Shown: positions 44,790-55,655 of the stretch, one piece after another | Position numbering within the stretch: the first letter of the stretch is position 1 | Layout of the letters: every line of letters begins with the position of its first letter | Origin: Cladosporium halotolerans | Taxonomy: Eukaryota | Assembly: GCF_011745625.1 (NCBI RefSeq) | Contig: NW_027191456.1 | Span: 1,054,001 to 1,118,000 of the forward strand | Direction: 5' to 3' | DNA: 64,000 nt | The notes under the pieces: model-generated | The model's input: only the letters and a program-made list of their open reading frames with translations | Databases searched by the model: none | Told to the model about the DNA's origin: nothing | Position numbers and translations under genes: made by a program

Positions 44790-46709
44790 TCAGGCACTGT
44801 CCGACCTGACCGTCTCAGCATGTACGTGCTTCTCCTTCGCGACATCAACGCCAACCATATCAGCATCGTGCCTGAAATCCTCTTCTCTTGCGCGGTCTTC
44901 GGCGAGAATGGTTTGGTTGGCCCTCCAGACGGGCTTGCACTCGAACAAGCGGTCCATGCTCTCAAGTGGAATACTCTTGGTCTCAGGGACGAGGAAAAAG
45001 ACGAAGATGATGGAGAGGATCATCATGGAAGCGAAGAAGAAGTAGACACCGCTGCCGGAGGGGCCCATGTTGTCGAACATCTGAGGCGTGAAACGGGAGA
45101 TGATGAAATTCTGGACAAGGTTGTTAGTTTTTGAAGTGCGAGGATGAGGTCTGATATCATAACTTACCCAGAACCAGTTGCTTGCCGCAGCCGAAGCCTG
45201 GCCCAAGGCGCGAGTGTTGTTGTCGAACATCTCGCTGTTGATGACCCAGGGAGTACCGTTCCATGAAGGCGTGTAAAAGACCGTCCACAGATAGAAGAAG
45301 AAGATGGCGGCAATGCCTCCAGAAGAGAGGCTGGTGTTCTCAGAGCTTGAGGTGACGCCGGCATTCAGGATGTAGCCACCAATGATCCACATGCAGACCG
45401 AGCCGCCGGCGGCACCAATCATGAGGAGCTTTCTGCGTCCAAGATGGTCAATCAAGACGAGAATCCAGACGATAGTGAAGACAGTCTTGACAACGCCGAA
45501 GATACCGGTGGTCAGGAAAGACGTGCTGGTTCCACGGATACCAATCGAGGCGAAGACACGCGGCGAATAATAGTTGATAGCGTTGATGCCAGAACCGTTC
45601 TGCCACATGAACAGCATGCATCCAAGGAAAAGACGCCATTGGACCTTGCGGTTCTTTCCAGCGGCCTGGAAAGGCTTCCAGAAACCCTCACCAATGGCTG
45701 CAGCCTGCTCCTCAAGAGCGAGATCTAGTGAAGCGATCTCTTCGACAATGTAGAGGTCATCGGCGTTAAGTTTACGGATCCAGCACAGGTTGGCGATGGC
45801 TGCTTCGCGGCGATGCTTGGACATGAGCCAACGAGGACTTTCCTTGATCCAGAAGGCTCCGACGAGAAGCAAGCCAGCGGGAATGAGCTGGACGGCAAAG
45901 GGAATGATCCATTGGGTGTGGTTGGCAGGCAGGGTCTGCTCGATGCCGTAGTTGATCCACTGAAAATACAGAATTAGCAAGGAAAGCCGCAACAATGTCG
46001 ATAGATCAACTTACAAAGCCGACCAGTCCGCCAACCTGCCAGCCCAGTTCATAGATACCGACCAGACGACCTCTGACGGCTGGAGGAGAGATCTCGGAGA
46101 TGTAGATCGGTGTAATCATCGAGCAGGCGCCGACGCCAATGCCTGCCAGGACACGACCACCAAGGATCAGACCGAGGCCGCGTTCGCCGGTCGCACCGAG
46201 CATGATGCCGGCACCGACGATGAAAACGCAAGAGAAGAGTACCAGGCTGTACTTGCGGCCCAGGAAGTAGGCCGCAACGTAGGCGAAGAAACTGCCGAAG
46301 AACGCGCCGGCCTGGTAGAGCGACACGATGTTGCCTTTGACCAGACTGAGTGCTCCGGTTGACATTTCCTCGAACTTGAACTCTTCCTCGAAGCTGGGCA
46401 AAGCAAGGGTTGCTTGGACATGTTAGCATGAGTGTTCATCTTGGGCGATACATTCGCGATGCACAAGTACTCCCAAACAAGGTTCGCAAGTCTGAGGAAG
46501 TGTGCAGCATCAATCATGATCACTTACTTCCAATGAAGGCACTACTCCACGTTAGTGAATGCTGTGAAAAGATGAATTGTAGATCAAACTCACCTGTCAT
46601 AACCAATCATGCAACTGGCGAACGACGCGACAGCGGCGCAAGCCCATACTCGCCAGTTGTAGACGGCCTTAGGCGTAGGCCTGTCTTCGACGACTGTGAG
46701 GAGACCCAT
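44790..46709 (-). CDS. qutD: Quinate permease (MFS sugar-porter family) QutD/Qa-y
   Basis: MGLLTVVEDRPTPKAVYNWRV, MIGYDSAFIGTT, PIYISEISPPAVRG, KESPRWL, WQNGSGINAINYY, WNGTPWVINSEMF, PETK; introns 46542-46593, 46413-46527, 45960-46014, 45111-45167. Confidence 0.95.
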
Positions 46710-47892
46710 GGTGTCGACTTCGCTCCCGGGTAAGTCGGCTGGAGGTGTGGAGGAAGAGAAGAGTGATGGAACGATTCGCTGCGGACGAGATGCGGATCCC
46801 TCCACGCTATTTGAACGATCGTACACCGTAATGAAACCCCACGGGGTAACGAGGGAGGTTTCTCTGCAAGCCACACAGAGCAGGCGAGTTTGTCACGGAT
46901 GCGAATCGACAGAGTGCCCAGAAGTCCGGCAAAGAGTTTTCCAAAGAGTCCGCGGATGCCAATACCCCGACCAATCTGTGGGACTCCACTCGATCTCCAC
47001 GTGCGGGCGTGCGGAGAAGGTACCGGGGGAGGTGCCAGCCCGTGCCAGCGATGTCGCAGACCTGCGGTGGAGGTGTCTGATCACTTCCCGGAGGAGACTC
47101 GATCAGGTGGCGCAGAGGGCGGGTCTGTCTTCATCCCCCTTGGCGCGCGCGGATGAGAGCAGCTTATGTACCTGGTGAGGCCTGCCTTGGCAGCCTTTGC
47201 GGCTGAAGGCCGTTTTTGCTTGGGAGCGAAAAGCCTCCTCTCCCATGCTCGCAGATGGCAGCGTGGGAGCATGGTTGGGGCACACAGACACCATAGGCAA
47301 TAGTCCTCGCCCAGGATAGATATCCGTATCCGGTCGAGACGCTAGGCTCGGCAGCGTGGAGACCGGCCTTGTTGCGGCGGTGTCTGATAGAGAGAGGAGT
47401 CGCTCACGGCGTTTTCCACAGAGTGAAGCCGAAGATTTTGCGGTGTCGGGGCCACGCTCGATTCAGGGCAGAGCCATCACCCGTGGGAGCCAGCCTCAGG
47501 CTGCAATGTGGATGTCGCCCGTGGGACCGGACGACATCAGTAGATGGGAGATTGCGGGATGGCAAAGAGTTGTAGCGTGCTGGCGAACTGGCATGTGTGA
47601 CGGCAAGGTCGAATCAGCAAAACATACTCTTTGCTTACTCTTGCGGCCATTGGCTTTTCAAACTTCTGTGCACTATACTTGCAAGCGCTCAGCACAAACA
47701 CCATCAATACCAGCAGGCTTTGCATGACACATTGGGCCACGCTCTGTATTTCTGTCAAACCAAAAAAGAAGACAACTTGAAATACTCTGGAACACTGGTC
47801 AAAGAGCAAGCAAACAGCAGCACATCCTCATTGAAAACTGCAGGAAAACTGAAAACCTCTAACCTCCAACGCCTCGCCACCAACCCTCAAAA

Positions 47893-48897
47893 ATGGCCAT
47901 CGAACAACAAATCATCACCTGCCCTGCACCTGCAGTCGACCACCTCGACCGCTTTGGCTTCCTCTTCGGCTACCCAATTGCACACTCTCTTAGCCCGCTC
48001 CTCCACCAAACAATCTACCACAACCTCGGCCTGAACTGGGACTATTTCCCCTTGCCCTCGACCGACGTCAAATCTTTCCTCGAGCTCGTCCGCGACCCCA
48101 GATGCTATGGTGCGTATTCAGCCCCATCTCACCAACCATCCTTCCCCCCTCTCAAAGCTTGCTGACAAGGAAACACAGGCTCCAGCGTGACAATGCCGCA
48201 CAAAGTCGCCATCATCCCGCACCTGGACGACATCACGCCCGAAGGCCGCGCCGTCGGCGCCTGCAACACGATCTTCAAGCGCGACGGCCGGCTCGTGGGA
48301 ACCAACACAGACACCATCGGCATCCGCGAGAGCTTCATCCAGAACGTCGCCGACGCGCAGAAGACTTACGCCGGCCGTCCCGGGCTCGTTGTCGGCGGCG
48401 GTGGCGCGGCGAGGTCGGCGGTCTATGCTCTGCATGCTTTCTTGGGGTGCGAGACGATTTACCTTGTCAATCGCGATGCGGGCGAGGTCGAGGCTGTGAT
48501 GGGCTGGTGTAAGTCGCAGGGGTATGGGGGTGGGCTTGTGCATGTCGCCACGGCGGCGCAGGCGGAGGAGCTAGAGGGTGCGGGCGCGGTGGTTGCGTGC
48601 GTGCCGAATTTCCCTCCTGTCACGCCGGAGGAGATCGAGGCGAGGAAGGTCGTGGAGGTGTTTTTGGGCAAGCAGCATAAGGGTGTGCTGTTGGAGATGT
48701 GCTATCATCCGACGCCGTACACTGAGATCGGGGCTTTGGCGGAGAAGGCTGGCTGGCAGGTTATTTTGGGGACGGAGGCGATGCTTTATCAGGGGTTTGA
48801 GCAGGATCGCTTTTGGACGGGCCGGGGGTTAGAGGAGTTGCCGGTCAAGGTTACGAAGGATGTCATTGCTGCTGAGTTGGCGAAGGCAACGCATTAG
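47893..48897 (+). CDS. qutB: Quinate/shikimate dehydrogenase QutB/Qa-3
   Basis: [20 protein letters not shown] (after intron 48110-48178), [30 protein letters not shown]. Confidence 0.94.
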
Positions 48898-49013
48898 GAA
48901 AAGGTACCTAGGAAGTATGGTTGGATGTATTGCATGTCATTTAATGTCGTCTAAATTCATAATCAGTGGCTGATACATCTGAGACGTGAATCGATGCTCT
49001 TTTCTACGAACAA

Positions 49014-50102
49014 TCACAACTTCGCCTCCTTCCTATCCCCGTCAACCTCCACCGGTACTCCCTCCCTCATAGCCCTCAACACCGCCTCCGCTACTCTAAC
49101 AGCCCTCACGCCATCCTCCACACTACACCGAGGCTCCTCCTCCCCCCTCACAACCCTCACAAAATGCCTCACCTGCTCATCAAACGGCACTTCGCTCCCA
49201 ACCTGCACCCTCTCCTCCACAACCACTTCCTCCCACCCTCTGCTCCCACCCCCCGCATACCTCTCAACCCTCATATCACCCACGCTCAACGTCCCCTCAG
49301 TCCCCAAAATCCTATAAAAATCCCTCCCCGCCCGCGGAATCAGCGGATTCTCCCCCGTCCCCGCTTCGAAACTGTGCGCGCTCGGCGCAGCATCGCTCAG
49401 CAGGAACGTCCCCACCGCCCCCGACGCGAACCGCAGCGTCACCGCCGCGCCTTCCTCGACGGCGTGTCCACGCGTGGACGGCGTTTGCTCCGCGTACACG
49501 CGCGTGATGGGCCCGAGCAGGTAGGAGAGGACGTCGAGCTCGTGCACGAGGTTGATGAGGATGGGGCCGCCGCCGGAGGCGCGCGAGGCGCGCCAGGCGG
49601 TCGGGGGCGCGAAGTAGCTGGGGGGTTTGCGCAGGGCCCAGAGGCCGGAGATGGCGAGGGGGTTGCCGATGAGGTTGGTTTGGAGGGCGTGCTTGGTCGC
49701 TGTTATGTAGGGGTTGAAGCGTCTATGGTGGCCTGCTAGGGCTTTGGTGGGAGAGCAGAGGGCGGCGTGGGTGAGGAGGGAGGTGGCGGAGGGAAGGGAG
49801 ATGGCGACGGGCTTTTCTATTAGGACGTGGACGGAGGCTGAGAGGAGCTGCTTTGCGAGGGCGACGTGGGTGTTGTTTGGCGAGCAGATTATTGCTGCTG
49901 CAGGTCTGTCTCTCGATGCCAGCAGGGCTTCGATGGAGGGATACAATGGTACGCCGAAGGAGTGTGCCACGGCCTGCGCCTGGGGACTTGGGTCTACGAA
50001 GGCTGCGAGCGAGGCTTCAGAGCATTTGACGACGCTCGCAGCGTGGCGAGGGCCGATGAGCCCGGCGCCCACGATGGCGATGGTGACCTTCTCGCGTGCC
50101 AT
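49014..50102 (-). CDS. qutH: Gfo/Idh/MocA-family oxidoreductase QutH
   Basis: IVGAGLIGPRH, SPNNTH, HVLIEKP, GHHRRFNP, GGPILINLVHELD, FEAGTGENP; located inside the qut cluster; ends EAKL. Confidence 0.85.
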   Translation of the reverse strand: MAREKVTIAIVGAGLIGPRHAASVVKCSEASLAAFVDPSPQAQAVAHSFGVPLYPSIEALLASRDRPAAAIICSPNNTHVALAKQLLSASVHVLIEKPVAISLPSATSLLTHAALCSPTKALAGHHRRFNPYITATKHALQTNLIGNPLAISGLWALRKPPSYFAPPTAWRASRASGGGPILINLVHELDVLSYLLGPITRVYAEQTPSTRGHAVEEGAAVTLRFASGAVGTFLLSDAAPSAHSFEAGTGENPLIPRAGRDFYRILGTEGTLSVGDMRVERYAGGGSRGWEEVVVEERVQVGSEVPFDEQVRHFVRVVRGEEEPRCSVEDGVRAVRVAEAVLRAMREGVPVEVDGDRKEAKL

Positions 50103-51369
50103 CTCCGTGTCGACGAAAGCTGCAATGGTATCTTATCGCCATCTTGACAGGGCACGTGCCTGATAAGGCAGACAAGGCAGAGCAGACGTCTCAACGGCCA
50201 TGCGAGAGCTCATCCAGCTCATCCAGCTCATCCCACGCCAGCCCGCACCGGCGGACAAAGTCACACCCAGCGTGCCAAGCCGCTCTCGGTGGTCGGTGGT
50301 CGATCCGCCGGGTAGAGGTCATTTCCGGGCATGCGGAAGAAGCGACACCCGGCCGCGCGACTCGCGACAAGCGCACCCAAAATAGACGGCGCGCCTCGCT
50401 TAAACTCTCTCACCGCGCAATCTCGCGGAAGCGCGCGCCGGCAAGCGTTGAGCCTCCAGCGGCCAACCCGGCGCGCGCGCGCAGGGGGAAAAGGGGAGAC
50501 TCTTCTTCCATCGCGCCCGCCGGCGGGAGAGAGCACTAGCGACTTCTCGTGTCGCGCGCACACGCCAATCTCACCACTCTCACCACTGTACGGCCGAGAG
50601 TCTGTGTCGCGCCGCCGGGCTGGGCAGACGTGTACGACTTCGCCTGCGCGCTGCCCTGCTATGAGATACTCCGAAACGGGGGCGCCTCGACACCAGCTGC
50701 TGGCTCGGGCCATTACGATGCCCGTGGGTGGAGACCCTTTTGTCGACGACTGCTCGAGGGAGGCATCCGTGACGGAGGGCGTGCTGGCGGGAGGTGCTAA
50801 AGATATCATCAGACTTCTTCCTTTCGGGGGACGTGAGCCGCGTCGCGATACGGTAGGATCGGGTCGGGCGTGGTGTTTTAGAGTTATCTTAATATTTACT
50901 TGGGAGGCCAACCTTACTCTGCCTGCCTTATCTTGCCTGCTTCCACTCGCTCTCTCCTTGTTTTATTGACTTGGATCGATCTCTTGGGAACCCGTTTTCT
51001 GTCTCGCAGTTGCACCCGTCTTTTGCTTGGATCTGGGATATTGCATTGCGCCTTTCCGAGCTCTCGTCCACGGACATCAACAACAAAAACAGTCTCTTCC
51101 GTGATCCTCATCCTGTCTCTTCCGGCCCCACTTCAGCTAAAAGGATCACCCATCCTCCAACACCTCGCCCTACTTCACCCATAGGAACACCGATTCGAAT
51201 GTACTCCACCCTCTCCGCCATCCACTGCTACTTCCCTCCGCCCCTCCTCGCAACCTTCCAACTCCTCTGGCGCCGCATCCTCAACTGGTCCTCGGTGCTC
51301 AAACCCTACCAACACCACCAACACCAAAACCAACTCCCATCTCCAACCCCCAACACCACCGACGCAACC

Positions 51370-52431
51370 ATGCTCCCCCGCGCCTCCATCTCCTCCCACT
51401 CCCTCGGCCGCGCCTGGGTCCACGGCCTCGAGGCCAAACTCGACGCCGCCGCCGCCCACGCAATGGACATCGAGCTCTTCTACGAAGACCTGCTGTACGT
51501 CGCCAAGGCCCTCCCGGGCGGCGCCACCGACGCAAACCACCTGCAGGCCGCCTCCGCCATCCGCGCCATGTGCGACGCCCGCGACCTCAGCGTCATCTGC
51601 CTGCAGCCCTTCATGCACTACGAGGGCCTGCGGGACCGCGCCTGGCACGCAGAGAGAGTTGCGGAGATGAAGCTCTGGATCCAGATGGCGCACCTGCTCG
51701 GCACGAACATCATTGCCATCCCGTCGACGTTTTTGCCCGAGGAGGTCGCGAGCGGCGACATGGAGCTGATCGTTTCCGATCTGAGGGAGGTGGCCGACCT
51801 CGGCGCGGCCGAGGGGATCCAGTTCGCGTACGAGAATCTGGCCTGGGGCACGTACGTCGACACGTGGGAGGCGGCGTACGAGGTCGTGCGGCGCGTCGAC
51901 CGCGCGAACTTCGGCATCTGCCTCGACACGTTCAACATCGCTGCGCGCATCTACGCGGATCCCGAGGCGGCTGACCGGCGGACGAAGGACGCGGAGGCGG
52001 TCTTCGCGGCGTCCATGGAGAGGCTGGTGGCGACCGTCGACCCGAAGAAGATCGTCTTCGTGCAGGTCGTCGACGGCGAGTTTCTGGCCGACGGCCCGCT
52101 GGTCGAGGGCCACAGGTTCTACAACGCCGCGCAGCCGGCGCGCATGAGCTGGTCGCGCAACTGCCGCTTGTTCTACGGGGAGAGCGAGCGCGGCGCGTAT
52201 TTGCCCGTCAGGCAGGTGCTGGAGGCGATTCTCGTCGGACTGGGCTGGAGGGGCCGCATTTCGGCGGAGTTGTTCAGCGCCAGCTTGGTGGAGGAGGGCG
52301 CGCATGTGCCCGAAGAGCACGCGACCAGGGCCGCGGAGTCCTGGCAGAAGCTGCTGCGTGACCTTGGCATGAGCGCGGCGTCCAAGAGGCGGGCGAGCCT
52401 CATGCAGCCGGAGCAGGTCGCCAGGCTCTGA
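51370..52431 (+). CDS. qutC: 3-dehydroshikimate dehydratase QutC/Qa-4 (produces protocatechuate)
   Basis: SISSHSLGRAWVH, IELFYEDL, CLQPF, FAYENLAWGT, ICLDTFN, VQVVDG, RMSWSRNCRLF, SAELF; ends VARL. An in-frame upstream ATG exists at 51199. Confidence 0.93.
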   Translation: MLPRASISSHSLGRAWVHGLEAKLDAAAAHAMDIELFYEDLLYVAKALPGGATDANHLQAASAIRAMCDARDLSVICLQPFMHYEGLRDRAWHAERVAEMKLWIQMAHLLGTNIIAIPSTFLPEEVASGDMELIVSDLREVADLGAAEGIQFAYENLAWGTYVDTWEAAYEVVRRVDRANFGICLDTFNIAARIYADPEAADRRTKDAEAVFAASMERLVATVDPKKIVFVQVVDGEFLADGPLVEGHRFYNAAQPARMSWSRNCRLFYGESERGAYLPVRQVLEAILVGLGWRGRISAELFSASLVEEGAHVPEEHATRAAESWQKLLRDLGMSAASKRRASLMQPEQVARL

Positions 52432-53049
52432 GTGGCGAGTGTGGTGGTGTCTTGAAGCGTCTTCGCGATTTCCTTTTTTGCTTCCGGCGTTTCGGTTTTG
52501 GACAAGCTGTCCATCGGATATTGTATGATACCCACGACGTACCTAGAATATTTAATTCGTACATAAATTTACAATGAAGCGCTAGAGCTGCTTCTCCTCA
52601 TTTGCCTTCCTTGGTCGTTCAAGTGGTTGCGAATTTCCCTCCGTGATCAACTCGTTCATTGTACGCTCTGTACATATAGGTACTGTCCTGAATCCTCGTT
52701 CTTCCTAGATTCCCGTGGTATATTCTTTCAAAAATGTGTGCTGCGTCGCAGATGCTCTGAAAAGAGTTCGAGCCTAATGGCATCCATGTCTCCGTGGCCC
52801 AGATCGCATAGTGTTCCTCAACTTTGCGGTCATAGATGGTATGCCTAGAGTTGTGTGCTCCTGCACGTGGACTGATGGCTGTAGTTGGGCTTTTGCCGTC
52901 TGACTGAGCGTCTGACTGGCTAGATTGTGTAATTCAATCTTGCTGGAGGATTCGTTTCTGTCGGCCAGTGACACACGTAGTCGTCGGCAGTGGTCCCACG
53001 AACGTCAGGGCCAGATGATTGAGGGTATCAAATTCTTACGCTTCAAGTC

Positions 53050-55104
53050 TCACCCAAGACCACCCCCGGGTTTATTGCCTCCTTGAGGCGGCTGCATGTA
53101 TGCCAGAAGTGGATTCGAAGGCTGATAGTCCGGTCCAAAAAACTCCGCCAGATCAAGATCCGGCCCGAAACCCAGGTTTTGCATGAACTGTGGATGCTCC
53201 CCGACGGGCTCCACAGAGTCCAACATGGCCAGCTCTTCGAAGATGTCGCCTCCGCCTTGACCGTCCATTTGCCCGCCAAAGCCTGGCCAGCCTGCATTGC
53301 TGAGTAGGCGCGGATTTTCTGCGTTGTTTGAGGAGTTGGAGTAGTTGAAGTCGCCGGGTCCAGTGGGAATGGTGAGGAAGTCGGCGGGTGATGCACCTGG
53401 CAATCGCGGTAGATCTTGGTTCGTGAGCGCAGGTTGATCCAGGTGGCCCTGTGAAGCCGAAGGGAGTGTGTTGGCTATGCCGGCCAGATCCTGATGGTGG
53501 AAGCCCTGCAATGGTGCTGCATGACTGGTTTCAGGAGATCGCAAGTTCGCTGCCAGCTTTGAAGGCTGCGTTCTGTGGTCTTTCTTGCACGCGTTGTCTA
53601 GCAATGCAATGACTGTGCGCGGGAGATTCTTGGCGTTAGTTCCTGGAGTCTGGAATTCATCGGCTACGCGAAGCTCGTGCACCAGCGCATTGAATGTGCT
53701 GAATGCCTTGGATGGAGCTTTTGCAGAGCCGTTCAGTGGGGAAGTTGGATCAGTCCAAGGTGCCCATTCTTCCAAGCCATCCTCATCCAGTGTGTTGAAT
53801 CCCTGTATACTTTCGCTTCGCATGTGGGGCAGTAAGTCGAGCTGGTGTGCAACGGTGTGCTCGATGACAAAGGCCGCAAGCTGCAGGATAGGTTTGTCCG
53901 CCCTGTCTCCAGTGTTGCGATCGGCTTGAGCAAGCCTGTATAGTGTGAGTCGTACCGCCAGGCCAACCTCGAGCCACGCAGACTGCCAAGCGTGACTTGA
54001 AATGCTGAGCAATGTGAGAACGAGTAATGCCCGGATGTGTCCTCTTTCATAAGAGTCGGCGGGTTTCGATTGAACAGCGCCCTTGTTGATGGTATGCTCG
54101 GCCGGGATGAGGTCTCTCGCGGTGTTTCGTAATGAAATGAAATCGTTGTTTGTGGGGTTTGCTCGTGAAAGCTGGAATGCTGCCAACGCCATGAGGCTCC
54201 AGAGTTCCGCATGCTCTCCAGATGCCAGGCCCTCCTCATAGCTGAGACCCTCCGTAGGGTAGGCGTACATCGTCTTCAGGATGCCATGCTTCTCAGTCAT
54301 AGGAAGCCATGACTGCGTGAATGCGAAGTAGTATTCCAACAGGTTCCAGGCATTCTGGGGGAGCACGAGTTTCCGAGTACGACCCTGGCTGGCCAAGTTT
54401 GCTGAAAGATCTGGAATCTCAAAACTCGGTACGGAAGTTGAAAGAGAATGACCGCGCCTGATGTCGGTAGGAGTGACTTGATCGGCACTTTGCTGACGAT
54501 GCAACGGCTGGCCTGTTGCTAACGGTGCCTGTGGAATTGGTTGGGCTGTTGATACATCAGAATCCATGAGAAGACTTGACAGCCGAGGGTCAATTGATTC
54601 GACGCTGCCTCTTTCAACCACAGAACCAGAAAGCATTTGGTCAATCTGCTTGCAGACCAGACTGCTACGCCACGATTGGTGAAGGGTTTCTGCCCCGGTG
54701 GTGTCTTTGCTGCCGATCAATCTCTGCGCAGCACCATTGACCACGGGCAAGCTCCTCGATAAAGCTGTCTGGGTCTCTGGTACTGTCTGGAATAGCCATG
54801 CGAGGGTGAGTTCCAGGGTGCGAATGTAGTTCGGCTGGATGCCGCGCTTCTTGGGCGGCTCATCGTAGGTGCACGCCCGTTTCTGCGAATCGCAGGTGTG
54901 GCAAATCGGTTTTTGGCCGTCGCATTTCTCGCGACTGGCGCGACATTGGTCGCATGCACGCGACACGCGTGAGCGCTTTGCCGGCGTGGACTGTGACTCC
55001 GTCCCGTTTGCGGGCGAAGCAGCTCTGCCTCGCTTGGAAGGGCGTGGATTGGGCGGTTCCTGGCCGTTGACCTCAGCCGGCACCGACCTGCTGCCGTCGA
55101 CCAT
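53050..55104 (-). CDS. qutA: Zn(II)2Cys6 quinate-pathway activator QutA/Qa-1F
   Basis: KRSRVSRACDQCRASREKCDGQKPICHTC..C, PKKRGIQPNYIRTLE, LLEYYFAFTQSWLP, EDGLEEWAPW, C-terminal PQFMQNLGF; divergent from the repressor. The frame is also open to an upstream ATG at 55323. Confidence 0.9.
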   Translation of the reverse strand: MVDGSRSVPAEVNGQEPPNPRPSKRGRAASPANGTESQSTPAKRSRVSRACDQCRASREKCDGQKPICHTCDSQKRACTYDEPPKKRGIQPNYIRTLELTLAWLFQTVPETQTALSRSLPVVNGAAQRLIGSKDTTGAETLHQSWRSSLVCKQIDQMLSGSVVERGSVESIDPRLSSLLMDSDVSTAQPIPQAPLATGQPLHRQQSADQVTPTDIRRGHSLSTSVPSFEIPDLSANLASQGRTRKLVLPQNAWNLLEYYFAFTQSWLPMTEKHGILKTMYAYPTEGLSYEEGLASGEHAELWSLMALAAFQLSRANPTNNDFISLRNTARDLIPAEHTINKGAVQSKPADSYERGHIRALLVLTLLSISSHAWQSAWLEVGLAVRLTLYRLAQADRNTGDRADKPILQLAAFVIEHTVAHQLDLLPHMRSESIQGFNTLDEDGLEEWAPWTDPTSPLNGSAKAPSKAFSTFNALVHELRVADEFQTPGTNAKNLPRTVIALLDNACKKDHRTQPSKLAANLRSPETSHAAPLQGFHHQDLAGIANTLPSASQGHLDQPALTNQDLPRLPGASPADFLTIPTGPGDFNYSNSSNNAENPRLLSNAGWPGFGGQMDGQGGGDIFEELAMLDSVEPVGEHPQFMQNLGFGPDLDLAEFFGPDYQPSNPLLAYMQPPQGGNKPGGGLG

Positions 55105-55655
55105 CTTGCTCAGGCGAGTCTCGCATGGCCTGGTGCAATCGAGTCCATTTGCGCGCGTTAGAGGAGATCTCAGCACCGCGCCAAACCCATGTCGTCTGGA
55201 TGGAGACCGAGACCGCGCGCGCGGAGAAGCTGTGGAAGCAGACGACGCACGCAACGCCAGCCGAGCGGCAGCCACGGACGGCAAAGCGGAGACGCCCGCC
55301 GGGAAGGCCCGTGCCCAAGGCATGGCAGACGGAGGCCTGTACGGGACGGTGTGGAGTCCATTCGCTCTTCTGGTCTGTCCAACACACGCTACTACGACCT
55401 ATCTGCAACATCCTGAGTGCACACGTGACTGGCGATCATTTGTATTTGGCCTGCTGCCTTCGTTTCATCCTCGCGGGCTCGCAAACACCGCGTCTGGGCT
55501 GCCCAATTGCAAGCGGCGAGCGGGCTGAAGTCAACTCCCGGCGCAAAGGATTCATCCGGAGCAAGGCCAGCCTCGACCGCGTCTCCACGGCCTCCCGGTG
55601 ATCACCGCCACCAGGCTCGACGACAACATCACTTGCCTGGAAACGGATCGTGAAC

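Noticed and set aside
51175..52320. 381-aa antisense ORF over qutC; also 58958-60016 over the lipase
   Set aside because: Shadow ORFs of well-supported sense genes.
55105..55323. 73-aa in-frame N-terminal extension of QutA, and upstream ATGs of HOM6 and the lipase
   Set aside because: Low-complexity translations of GC-rich promoter or leader DNA; family similarity begins at the downstream ATGs.
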